A DNA stretch of 63,907 bases, taken from NCBI GenBank assembly GCA_002256025.1, contig NKIB01013115.1, forward strand, positions 1 through 63,907. The letters run 5' to 3'. This stretch comes from Asterionella formosa. Its lineage: Eukaryota. Under the pieces are notes generated by a model, which saw only the letters and a list, made by a program, of their open reading frames with translations, did no database searches and was not told the DNA's origin. This document shows, piece by piece, positions 50,801 through 61,531 of the stretch. Each line of letters begins with the position of its first letter. Position 1 is the stretch's first letter. The position numbers were made by a program, and so were the translations under genes.

Positions 50801-51600
50801 TTCTATGGAGAATCCCCAGGAAATCAAAGTGCACGTTTCAAAAGTGATGCTTGTGCTTTTTGGGTTTGATGATGCCTCGAGAAATGGTTTTGGAAGCTCA
50901 TTCCTCAGAGATAATGGAATCTTGTACATGATTGGTGTTTTTTCTTATCGGGCTGGGCGGCAGAGGAATCATCCAACATGAGGGAGTTAACAAATGTTAT
51001 AGAAGTATTGATGGACGAAGCACAAGATAACCAACTCTCAGATTCTGAAATATTCTTCTTCACAAACAACTCAGTGGTGGAATCAGCCTTGCATTAAGGT
51101 TCTTCAAGTTAAAAGAAAATGTTGGATGTGGTGCGATTACATGCATTGCAAATAAGGCAGGGTTTGAAAATCACTGTATTCAATGTATCAGGTAGACGTT
51201 TGATTGCTCAAGCTGAAGATGGGATATCAAGAGGACTCTTTACCGAGGGAGTTATGGGGGGTCCCCTAGCTATGCATGTCCGAAATTCATCCCGTTGCAT
51301 CTGTCAGCTCTCGATCGGTCCGCATTTTTAGAAGGATGGTTCCGACAATGGACTGGTCCTCGTCTCGAAGTGCTCACACCCCATGACTGGCGTGAGAAGA
51401 CATGACATTGCAGGAGGAACAGTTGGGCCAGATGGTTTTTGAAACCGATACTGGTGAAAGGCATTTTCCTTTGGGCACCCCAACCTGCAGCGGCTCATGT
51501 GGCTTAAATGGAACTCCGACAAGCCAGCATAAAAAGACAAGACTCACACACATTTTATCTGCCCATTTCCAATTACACTACAATAGATGAAGCAATTATA
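47820..51600 (+). mobile_element. Degenerate DIRS/Ngaro-like retroelement (RT + RNase H relic) split by a ~2.2-kb insertion (~48490-50710)
   Basis: RT fragments LNLPG...VVTFVDDLRV...YLGIQDA. RNase H fragments FGFDDASRNGFGS...SSNMREL...FFTNNSVVE...DGISRG. Many stops and frameshifts. Confidence 0.65.
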
Positions 51601-52059
51601 TAAAACATCGGATCTACTATTTTTTTTCGAAGAACACATATTACAGACAAACTCCATGAACAACAACTTCGTGTGGGTAACAGTGGGCACGTTTTGCATT
51701 TTTAGTGTTCTATGTTCTTTCATTAAGGGGCCTGAAAGGTTAACTTTTAGATCTGAAAGGGTTGAAGATGTACATAAACCAAGAACCAGACAAATACATT
51801 GTGGTTGCATTACTTGGGACTGTAAAAGGTGAAAACCAAAGTTGAGAGAATTTGTTGCCATCTGTGAACAAGACATCATCTGGACTTGGTGAAGAAATGG
51901 GTAATGCGTTACATCAGGATCCATGAATAGCAGAAAGAATACAATTTCTGGACAAAAGTGTCTGAAAATGCACAAACTGTCAGTCAGAGGAATTAGTGTT
52001 AAAATTTTAGCATACAGACAACTTTTCGATTTATTTCTGTAAAATATTAACACTCATGA

Positions 52060-52578
52060 TATGACATCAGCATACTTCGAGGTCAGAAGCACTGTGGATA
52101 AACGGAGCCAAACATCTCAGTTAGCAGTAGAGTAGTTGTCACTTGAATCAAGTTCATCATAGTGATTATCCTTTGTACTGTATATATGAGTAGTTTTGTC
52201 TAGCGTCACTGTGATGAAACTACTTCTACATGATATTTCTATGTCGAAACATCGCAGCACTAAAACTCCGAAAAAATATTATGGTTACTTCGCAATTATC
52301 AACTTCTTCAGCTGCCTTTCAGCCAATCTTGGCCACATTTCAGACTGAAGCTCTCTGAAGATGTATTAGCTTAAGTCTAAAATGTGGGGCTGACAAGTGA
52401 AAGAAACTGTTTTCGAACACACTACATTTCCATTGTTCTCTTGATTGCAGCGACGAAACGAAATTAATTTAGCTTTTAACAAGCAATGCAAAGAAATAAG
52501 AATTCTTTTTACCACCAACATTAATTGCCCTGTTAGTTGCATCTACCCGGTAATTTGAATCACAACATGTTGCATGTC
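52060..52578. repeat. Interspersed repeat, also at ~57890-58190 (internally deleted)
   Basis: Shared tacttcgaggtca...cggagccaaacatc...gtagttttgtctagc...cacaacatgttgcatgt. Confidence 0.75.
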
Positions 52579-52816
52579 TTATCACAAGAACCGATACCTG
52601 GTACCAGGTACCGGCAGACGCACTTCGGAGGAGGACACGCGACTAGAATTTCGCACCAAGATACCCCCGAAAAGCAACAACAATAACCACAACGAGCTCT
52701 CTAGTTTTCAACGTAGCGAGGGAAAAATCAGTATCGAGTTTCCCGTCCCGGTATCTCACAGATTTATCATGACAAAAGTACAACCAAAAATTAGAAAATC
52801 AGGAACGACGACAAAC

Positions 52817-54205
52817 ATGAGGACCTTTCCATATGTTTTACTCTTAATAACTCTAGCGGGTCAGTATCTTCTCATCATTTGGAAGGTGCTACCGGTAGTA
52901 CCAGCTACCTCCACCGCTGCTGCAGCACTTATGGATTCGGCAGAGGCAGCAAATCTGCAAGCTCTTGCTTCGACAGATATATCCATTCTAAAAGCACGTA
53001 TTGATACACTTGAACACGCGCTTTCAAAGCATGCGGCTGATGCTGCTGCTGATCCATCTTCATCATTGAAACTTCCAACATGCGAATCACTAATGAGAAA
53101 TTCCCATCTTGGCGCGGACGGATCCTTTCTCACTCGATCACCGACTACATGGGCTCTGCGACATGACGGATCTCGAGAATTGCAACTCCCCTTGACATGT
53201 CGTCTCAAGAGATACACATCAACACAAGCTCGCAAGTGTTTGAATCAACGGCACCTTGCATTTATTGGAGACTCCCTTACGAGATATCAATTCCTTAGTT
53301 TGGCTTACTTTGTGGAACGAGGAGAGTACCCACCCCGATTTGGAATATCATCGACACAACAGTGTTCCCACATCAACGAGCAAGGAATCCCCACTTGTTC
53401 TCCAGACGATGAACCAAATGTCTGCATGGAAGAGGATTGGCAAAGCTGGCAGAATTTTCATTCTGCATTAGGAGGCTCTACAGATGGAAGTATGTTTCAT
53501 GGAAGAATGCAATGTGGTTGTGCCAGGAGGGAGGGAGGTTCAGTTAGTGACCTCACAGATAATGCTCTGTATGTATCTGACTCAGGAATCCGAATAAGCT
53601 TTGTATGTGAAGTGGGGAAGGGGGATATACCGGGTCCTATTCATGGATGGAATTTCACTGATTGTGCAGAGAAAGGAACCTGTCGAACTACACAAGAAGA
53701 CAGTGATTTCCTGTTTAATCGTTCGAAGCAACAAGATTGGGATTGGAATGAGCCTCTGTACCAGGCACTCAATGGGACCCTTCAGCAGGTTCTACATGGA
53801 GTTGATATTGTAATTTACAATCGTGGTCTATGGGGCGTTTTGAAAAAGGACTTGATCGACACGATCATGCCCCTCATTCGCAATTGGGTCGGGGACAAAG
53901 GGCGTTGTTTTTATAAAACGACGACAGGGGATTTAAATACTGTGAGGCCCCCTGAATTGAGCTATATCAAAAACGCTACTTTCATAGCAGGCTGTGGATT
54001 TTTAGACTTTGGTCACCTCACGCAGGAATTCAATTCACTCATGTACAGTCGTTCTGCTCCGCCAAAGGAGGACAGTGGAAAGATTTGGAATTTTCAAGAA
54101 TGGGGAAGTATCTATTGGGACCGTATTCATTTCACGCCATGGGTTTATGAAGAGTTGAACAATTTGTTTCTAAATGTTTTATGCAATGGAAAAACAACGA
54201 AATAA
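52817..54205 (+). CDS. PC-esterase/SGNH-fold O-acyltransferase-like protein, copy 2 (462 aa)
   Basis: Close paralogue of 43970-45382 with GDS and DxxH intact. Start set at MRTF by homology; the ORF extension upstream overlaps a MITE fragment. The 3' flank is also duplicated. Confidence 0.8.
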   Translation: MRTFPYVLLLITLAGQYLLIIWKVLPVVPATSTAAAALMDSAEAANLQALASTDISILKARIDTLEHALSKHAADAAADPSSSLKLPTCESLMRNSHLGADGSFLTRSPTTWALRHDGSRELQLPLTCRLKRYTSTQARKCLNQRHLAFIGDSLTRYQFLSLAYFVERGEYPPRFGISSTQQCSHINEQGIPTCSPDDEPNVCMEEDWQSWQNFHSALGGSTDGSMFHGRMQCGCARREGGSVSDLTDNALYVSDSGIRISFVCEVGKGDIPGPIHGWNFTDCAEKGTCRTTQEDSDFLFNRSKQQDWDWNEPLYQALNGTLQQVLHGVDIVIYNRGLWGVLKKDLIDTIMPLIRNWVGDKGRCFYKTTTGDLNTVRPPELSYIKNATFIAGCGFLDFGHLTQEFNSLMYSRSAPPKEDSGKIWNFQEWGSIYWDRIHFTPWVYEELNNLFLNVLCNGKTTK

Positions 54206-54662
54206 GCTAACAAGGACAAAGACTAGGATAGTGATGCCCCAGACATGAATTCTCCAACCTAGATTCATAGGTATCCACACTTCTATGTGGCACAACTCAA
54301 TCATCATGATGGAATGAATTGCCGAAGAAATCTGTCGTTGTGAATACTTAAACTTAAGAAGCTGAATGTTTTGTTGTCGATGGCACTGACAATGTCGCCC
54401 ATCTCTTCACTTCTGTCCCCTCTCCGCTGCGGCTATTAAGGTGTTAGGATTTTGTGATGACAAAGCATAAATGATTAAGCCAGGAAGTTCGGAAGCCATA
54501 ACAAAAAATTTAGTTTCCGAAAAAAAAATTGAGAGTACAGTACACAACAAGGTAACTCTAGGATTAGTGAGTTAGAAAAAGTGAGAAAGATTTGCTTCTA
54601 GCTTCTACCTTGCTGTAAATTCGTGGCCATTGTAGATACCCATATTTCGGTTCAACAAGCAC

Positions 54663-57224
54663 TCATTCAGCGGTATCGTCGCTTTCAAGAACAGAAAGCC
54701 CCAACATGCAAACCACGGCTACAGCCGTGGTAATTGGTGCTTGAGTAGCAGCAATCAAGCCACCAATTACATGCCCGGCATTAGGAGACGAAGTGCTAAG
54801 GTCATGAGTTGGTTTTTCATTGTCGGCATCACTGGGAACCACCCACCAAGGCTGGTCTGTTGCCGATCGTCGGTCCATGGCTTCCAACGCATCAGAAATT
54901 GACTGATTTGAGCGATGGCTTGTGGCCGTGGCTTGGCTCTTCATTTGACTTTGCAAGTCGCCAGGCAGCCATCGTAGATCAAGACCCTGACGATGACCAG
55001 GAATGGATCCTCCTCCTATATTTCTTAAGCGATTTTCTAGGCTCATTCGTTGCTCGATAGGAAAATATTCGCTTTCATCCTCAACATCAGACGCAGAATC
55101 ATGGCTGTAGCTTAGCAATGATTCTGCCGTCGCCGACGAAGGCATGACCAGCTTGCGATTAGTTGCAATTAAATGCTTCTCGTCGATCTGGTCAGCATCA
55201 GGCTCAATCGCGAAATGAGCATATCCCACCATTAGATCAATGCCCTCTTGTCGATCAGCATCCAAAAAATTATTTAAGTAGTACCTCTGCAGCGAATTCA
55301 TTCCATCGTCCAATGCGCCTCTTTTCGTTCTCTTTCCCGTTCTAGTGAAATCTCCTTTGAGGGCTGGTGTTCCTGCATACAGCCTTGAGATGGCGTCAGC
55401 ATTGTCAGCCCAGAGTAAGCGATGAGATACTTCACCTCCAGACCAAGGCAAGACCATTGGGTTCTTTCGAAACGCAGCGCTGAATGCGACTGGAAGTAGT
55501 CGTTTCATTCCAACAGCAGGTCGTTCGCTGAGTCCACGATACAGCATGTACCTGCCAAAAATACTTTGAACTACGTTTGTCCGATCCAAACAATCCATAC
55601 AATTTGTCCGTATTATTCCACGTTGTTGTGACAAGACCGTCCAATTGTCATTCCCTTCCATCGAAGCACTAAAGTAAGCATGTTCGTCCAAGGTCTCCTT
55701 CACTTGGTTCAAGAGTGATACCAATTTATCCCATTGACCGTTTTTCACTTCCGCATGAAAGTCAAACCAAATATGCTCCAATGCCTTCGGTGGTAAACCA
55801 AAGCCGTCGTTTTTGGAATTTTCTTTTCCAACTGAATAAACATCCAAAAGTGCCTGAAGTACAGCATCAAATGCCCGACCAAGGCGTCCTTGGTCTTTTT
55901 TCTTATCAATCAGATTGCAAAAGACAAGTTGTGGATGCTTTCGAGAAGATAGTCCTGTACGACAATAATGATTCCATTCAGCCTGAATATGTCTCATCAT
56001 GCTTCTGGCTTGGGCCAATGGATCTGTTCCAATACGGACTTTTGGTGCATAGGTAGTAACATCAGCTGGACTAGACCACCGTAATGGAATCGATCCACGT
56101 GTCTGTACATGACTTAGTAGTATAGTCCTTACTTTGGTGGTGTTGATGAGTCTCAAAACGCAAACTTGTTCCGTTTCAGCATAGTTAGCCACATGTCCAC
56201 TGCTGTCCGCACCTCGTTTCGTAAATCGTGTGCCAGCCCGAAACCGAGATCTTCGAGAAATTAATAATTCATCGTAGCTGCCAATACCATTCTCAATTAC
56301 TGAAATGTTGGGTTGAACTCCGACAAAGGCAGAAGTAACGGGAATAACAAACTGTTCTCTTAGGGCAACACATCCTTCATCATCGTTGTTGTCCCGAAGT
56401 AGTTGAAGGTGTGGTTCGTTCCAAAAGAAGCGAGAGTCTGGTGTCACTGGATCTGTTTGATTTCTAGGTCGTACTAATAGTCCCCGTTGCAATGTCTGTG
56501 TCATATCCAAATGTTGTGAATTTCTCAAAAAGTAAAAGGTATGATCCTTGAAGGCTTGTCTGAGCAACTTGAATTGTCGAGTTTCTTCTTTGATTTGTCG
56601 TTGTGATGATGAGATTGAATCATAATTATTAGAATGATGACTTTGTGACATGTGAATTATTTCCAATGTTTTTACTTGACGAATTTCTCCCCATGGTGGT
56701 CCTTCATATACCATTTCACTCGATGTGAGCAAGACCCATAGTACACCACCAGATGGAATTGGGAGGACACCGTAAATCCCATCTACTGGTATCCATTTTT
56801 TATCCACAGACAACACGCGGTCGTCGGATGCATTGCATATGATAGCCTTCAACTGCCCATTAACTATAGAGACATGGACAGTGATGATTGTGTTGTTGTT
56901 GTTATTGTGACATTGAAATAGTAGTCCACCATCCGTAGTACATTGTTTCACTCTGATGTACTTATCTGTAATGGGAATATGTGAATGATGATTTATAACG
57001 ACGCCATCCTTGTGCGCAAAAATACTTTTCTTTGTTCGACTCCCAAAGCCAGACAATTTAGTGGATGGAGTACTGTGTGATACTTTCCGTCCTGTGAACG
57101 TACGTTGCGTTGCCGAGGACGAGGACGAGGCATCTGTATAGTACCGGGGGAATATCAGGAATATCAAGCAAGCAAATACTGAAATACAACGTAGAACTCG
57201 TCCTTGTCGGCAGATCACAGCCAT
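54663..57224 (-). CDS. SAC1: SAC1-family phosphoinositide phosphatase
   Basis: FFWN, LISRRSRFRAGTRF..RG, VANYAETEQ, VQTRGSIPL.W, RTNCMDCLDRTNVVQ (CX5R), YAGT.ALKGDFTRTGKR and C-terminal hydrophobic segment. First ATG at 57224. Confidence 0.9.
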   Translation of the reverse strand: MAVICRQGRVLRCISVFACLIFLIFPRYYTDASSSSSATQRTFTGRKVSHSTPSTKLSGFGSRTKKSIFAHKDGVVINHHSHIPITDKYIRVKQCTTDGGLLFQCHNNNNNTIITVHVSIVNGQLKAIICNASDDRVLSVDKKWIPVDGIYGVLPIPSGGVLWVLLTSSEMVYEGPPWGEIRQVKTLEIIHMSQSHHSNNYDSISSSQRQIKEETRQFKLLRQAFKDHTFYFLRNSQHLDMTQTLQRGLLVRPRNQTDPVTPDSRFFWNEPHLQLLRDNNDDEGCVALREQFVIPVTSAFVGVQPNISVIENGIGSYDELLISRRSRFRAGTRFTKRGADSSGHVANYAETEQVCVLRLINTTKVRTILLSHVQTRGSIPLRWSSPADVTTYAPKVRIGTDPLAQARSMMRHIQAEWNHYCRTGLSSRKHPQLVFCNLIDKKKDQGRLGRAFDAVLQALLDVYSVGKENSKNDGFGLPPKALEHIWFDFHAEVKNGQWDKLVSLLNQVKETLDEHAYFSASMEGNDNWTVLSQQRGIIRTNCMDCLDRTNVVQSIFGRYMLYRGLSERPAVGMKRLLPVAFSAAFRKNPMVLPWSGGEVSHRLLWADNADAISRLYAGTPALKGDFTRTGKRTKRGALDDGMNSLQRYYLNNFLDADRQEGIDLMVGYAHFAIEPDADQIDEKHLIATNRKLVMPSSATAESLLSYSHDSASDVEDESEYFPIEQRMSLENRLRNIGGGSIPGHRQGLDLRWLPGDLQSQMKSQATATSHRSNQSISDALEAMDRRSATDQPWWVVPSDADNEKPTHDLSTSSPNAGHVIGGLIAATQAPITTAVAVVCMLGLSVLESDDTAE

Positions 57225-58369
57225 TTGTTTGTTGCTGATGAGATATGTTGCTTCTGTTGTTTTCCAATGGGGACCAGTCAGTTGGCTATAATTCACAATG
57301 TTGCTGATGCACTCATTGATAATGAGATTCTTCTTATGGTGTCTATAGCTACTACAGTATACAGCGATTAATCACTCTTTAATTGAGTCGAGCGGTTTGT
57401 GATATGGATGTGCAACCACAGGGGTTCAGTAATCAAAGAACGACGAAATAAAAGAGGGATCCAAACAACATCAGCAGATAATGTGGACCATCCATCAGAC
57501 GAACCTAATGTAAAATAATGTTCGCCCAAGAATACATATTTTTCATAGCTAATAATATAAAATATATTGTTACATAGGATTATCTTCCAGTACGGAATTT
57601 TCTTACGCAAATACAATACAAAATAATGGTGCTGACAAGAACTTCAAAGGGTAATATGCTCGAAATTTGTACTTTCTATGTATCATATTTTGGGAATGAT
57701 TACGCGGTATATAGTCGACTGCAATGAATACCGGTACACATTATGTACACAGCATGCATTGCAGCACTTGTTGGTTGTTGAATGAAGTGGGTGGATGCTG
57801 AGGTGCTTGCATCAACCTGTTGATTGGCGAGTATTGTTGTTTTCCAAGCAGAACAGCTGCATTCAATTACAGACAACTCTTCACTCAACATGGCACAACA
57901 TTAGTGTACTTCGAGGTCAACAGCACACACTGTGGAAAAACGGAGCCAAACATCCCAGTTAGCAGGAGTAGAGATTGTCACTTGAATCACCAAGCTCCAT
58001 TATTGTGACAATCCTTTGTATATACATGAGTAGTTTTGTCTAGCTTCATTGTGATGAAAATACTTCTACATGACGGTACTATGTCAATTTAGCTGTAAAC
58101 AATGCAAAGAAGTTAAAAAATTCTTTTTCAACTAAAATTAATTGCCCTTTTAAGTCATATCTAGTTTGAAGCACAACATGTTGCATGTATTGATGTTTGA
58201 ATTGATGATATTACACCAACATAAAAAATGCATGTACAAAATCATCCATGGTTTTCCACAGTTCATCAGGTATACATACATTGCTCAATGCACAAACATG
58301 TAACTGAAGCAAGTCTAGACTTTTGAGTAAGTACTAGGTACCAGCATGATGCTGTTTCGAGGTGTTGAA

Positions 58370-59440
58370 TGCGATCGCCCATCATGACAACAGATGATAG
58401 CAATTCAGATCGGAATCAAACACGGTTGTTTGAGCATGCTAAGATTTAATTGAAAAAAAAAACAATTCGATTTGCATCAAGTAGTTCAATTTTCAACAAA
58501 TGCTCTGTTTTGATTTCTTGCTATGCAATTCGATCATCATGACCAACACTAATAATTCGAATGGAGAGCCAAAGTTGGTTTGATTCCCCTGCCTGCCTGT
58601 TCAACTTGAAAAATATGATGATTTGTATCGACATGTATGAACAAATAACAGCGTTTTATCTTTTGAGTTGTTGGATAAAATCTTATCATATTCAATAACA
58701 ACAATGAATAAGAAGAATTCATATAGAAAAAAGCGAAAATAGATTTGGGGTTGTTTGCTGACAGATTATGTAAAAATCAATTCTACGTGAGTCGAGATTT
58801 TTTCGAAGAAGTATACTCATGACGAAGAAGAATAATTGACACAAGAGTATATTCGATTAGGATCCACTGATCATTCAAGAACTGAAAACAAACTATTTCG
58901 TCTGGTTTCTGTCGACTAATTCAACAAGTGCATACATACTGCTTCTCTTGCGGAAAAATCTATCATTAGGATTTGATGAAGTACGGAAACCGAACTAAAT
59001 TTGGGTCCATTAAGATTTGAACAAAAAGTTCAATTCGATTTGTATCTACTAGAGCGAAAACTGCTTTGTAGTGTTTGATAATCTAAGTTTAAAGGATGAA
59101 GGCACATGATTCATATTGAAAGCGAGACTTTTGTCCATCTGCTAAGAGTTCAACTCAATCAAACAAATCAATTTACATCAAATAATTCAAAAAAATAAAA
59201 AGATACTGTTTTGATTTTTGGGTAATTCCATCATAAGGGACGGTGGTTATTCATTCATATTGAATGCGAAATTCGGTTGGGGTCCACTGACAGCCAGGTC
59301 ATCTGGGAAAATGTAACACAATTTGATTTGCATCAACTTGTTAAAAGGAAGACCAGCATAATATTGAGTTGTTGGATGACTCTATAATCATAGCAAATAA
59401 TAGTAACTCTTATGGAAAGCAAAATTATATTTGGGTTTGC
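58370..59440. repeat. Highly degenerate ~135-155-bp-period tandem array
   Basis: aattcgatttg(c/t)atc-like motif recurs near 58465, 58619, 59032, 59167 and 59320, with other recurring AT-rich motifs between. Confidence 0.45.
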
Positions 59441-61531
59441 TAAAACCAACAGAGTATTAAAAATTTTTTGTTCGAAGAAGAGAAGATTGAAATAATTTGC
59501 CATCAAACATTGAATGAGGTTCTGTGAGTATAGCCAAGTTCTGTTGGCGTGATGTAGGGAAATATATGTGAAAGAAGGAAATAATACATGAATAGCAAAT
59601 GTTGGAAAACATGCTGTACTAGCTACTTAATTTATTTAGATTATGTATTTGGACCTACATCAACTACTCAATGCCTTTGTGCAAGGCTTACCAAGTGCAA
59701 TAAACATTCGCCAAGAGGATGATGAATGGGAACAGTCATCAAGTCATGCAGCAATGAAACAATGGAAATGATGCGTAAGTGTGTTGATCTGTTCTTGATG
59801 CATGTTTCAAAATTCTTTCAACACACTTGCAACGAATAAAATTTATCCTTGTACACAACAGAGGATGATTCAAGAAATTTATTTAGCCTTGGGTAGAATG
59901 CTACTACATAAAGGAGTACGATCTGGGTAGCAGGCACCTGGTACCGGACAATCGTTTGGGAGAACGCCGTGAAGGTGATCTTTACTATAACTTCATAAAA
60001 AAATCACTACCGGTAACAAAAGATTCCCCATATATATTCATTGCGTCATCACACGACTGCACAAAATATATAGCGATGTACTACTCCGAGTGCTGGTACC
60101 AGGGTACCAGGTACCGCTGTACCAAAATATCCCTTCCAATGTCCACATCGCTCACCATTTGCAAAAAGCGTCGTCATTGTTCCCAAACAGGTTCACAACT
60201 GCACTTGTCATTATTATTAATTAATTAATTAATAAAACACTTCTTCATACTGTCGTTCGTTTGCTTCTTCGGACTCAGAGTGACCAATACCCAACACTAT
60301 CAGATGCATCCTCCTACCGGGGGACGAATAATCATGGCGTCAATAATGCGCTCGCCTCATCGTCTTCGAAACACCCCTAATCGAGTCTTTGCTGTTATCG
60401 CTCATGGCCAACAACAGCAACAGCAGCAACAACAACAACAACACGAGAGCAAGGCAAACATTCTCAAGTACATGTGCCGAAACGAGGCAGTTCGAAACTC
60501 CATGGCCTATGCACTTTCCTTTTCATCAGAATCAGGTTGCATTCATAAGGCAGCCAGTTCCATGATGAAGGAACAGCTATGGAGGAGTCAAGGACAGCTT
60601 CGATCTTAGTAGTAATATATGACAGCACTGTATAGTGCCGGAAGAATGAAACAAGCACAATTTTGACGAATGAAACAATTTTGATACCCATACCCAATAG
60701 CTCCTGTTGTTGCCGTAAAGAGCGAACAAAGTGGAGGACTGGATTTTGAGTACTTTGAGATGCGATACACAATGATGAGATGATTTTACAGTAGAGAAAC
60801 ATAAAATAGAAACGAAATGGGAAACCGATATTACCACTGTTGCTACTTTGGGATTGTTGCATTCCTTCTTCTTGTTGACTAATCCAGCTGGCAACCTTCC
60901 ACTGGTGGTGGTGGTGCTGCTGCTGCTGTATCGTTACTTGCCTTGTCATTCTACAAAGCAAAGCTAGTAGAACCTTTGCAAAACACTAAATAAAGATAGA
61001 GACTATATACTGGTAGCTAGCTGGAAATCATGTCTATCTAGTAGTTTGTTCATTTCTAAATTGCTTCTCCTCCTACTAATAATAGTATTAATAGTATTGA
61101 ACCAATATTCACTCCTGGTCATGATAGACCTATATTGGTTCTTCAAGACTTTATTGACACAACAATGCAATCCGATCATTTTTTAACATGATTCTGGTTG
61201 ACTTGGTGTGGCTGGAGTGGCTGCTGGGACTGTGGTAAGGAGCTGACAAAGCAAGTGCGAAGAAGTATCAGCTACCGGTAAATGGCAACAATAGTATATC
61301 ACTGGTATAGATCATACATGTAGAAACAGTTTTCCAGAAAGTTCCTTGTGAGAAATGACGTAGGATACCAGTCCTACCGGTACCCGCAGTACCTGGTAGG
61401 TACCTGGTACTAATGCATGGTAAATGGACTTTTACACAGACATCTACCGGTAATCATTTCTGCATTTTCTATGTTAAAAATCTTTAAACCCATCGCTCAT
61501 TTCATTACGACAGAGTATTATTATTGACTCA

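Noticed and set aside
52574..52816. 81-aa N-terminal extension of the second PC-esterase ORF
   Set aside because: It is largely MITE and footprint DNA and is not in frame in copy 1.
60280..60961. Short poly-Q ORFs on both strands
   Set aside because: They are driven by CAA/CAG microsatellites with no recognisable domain. A small or spliced gene cannot be excluded but is unsupported.
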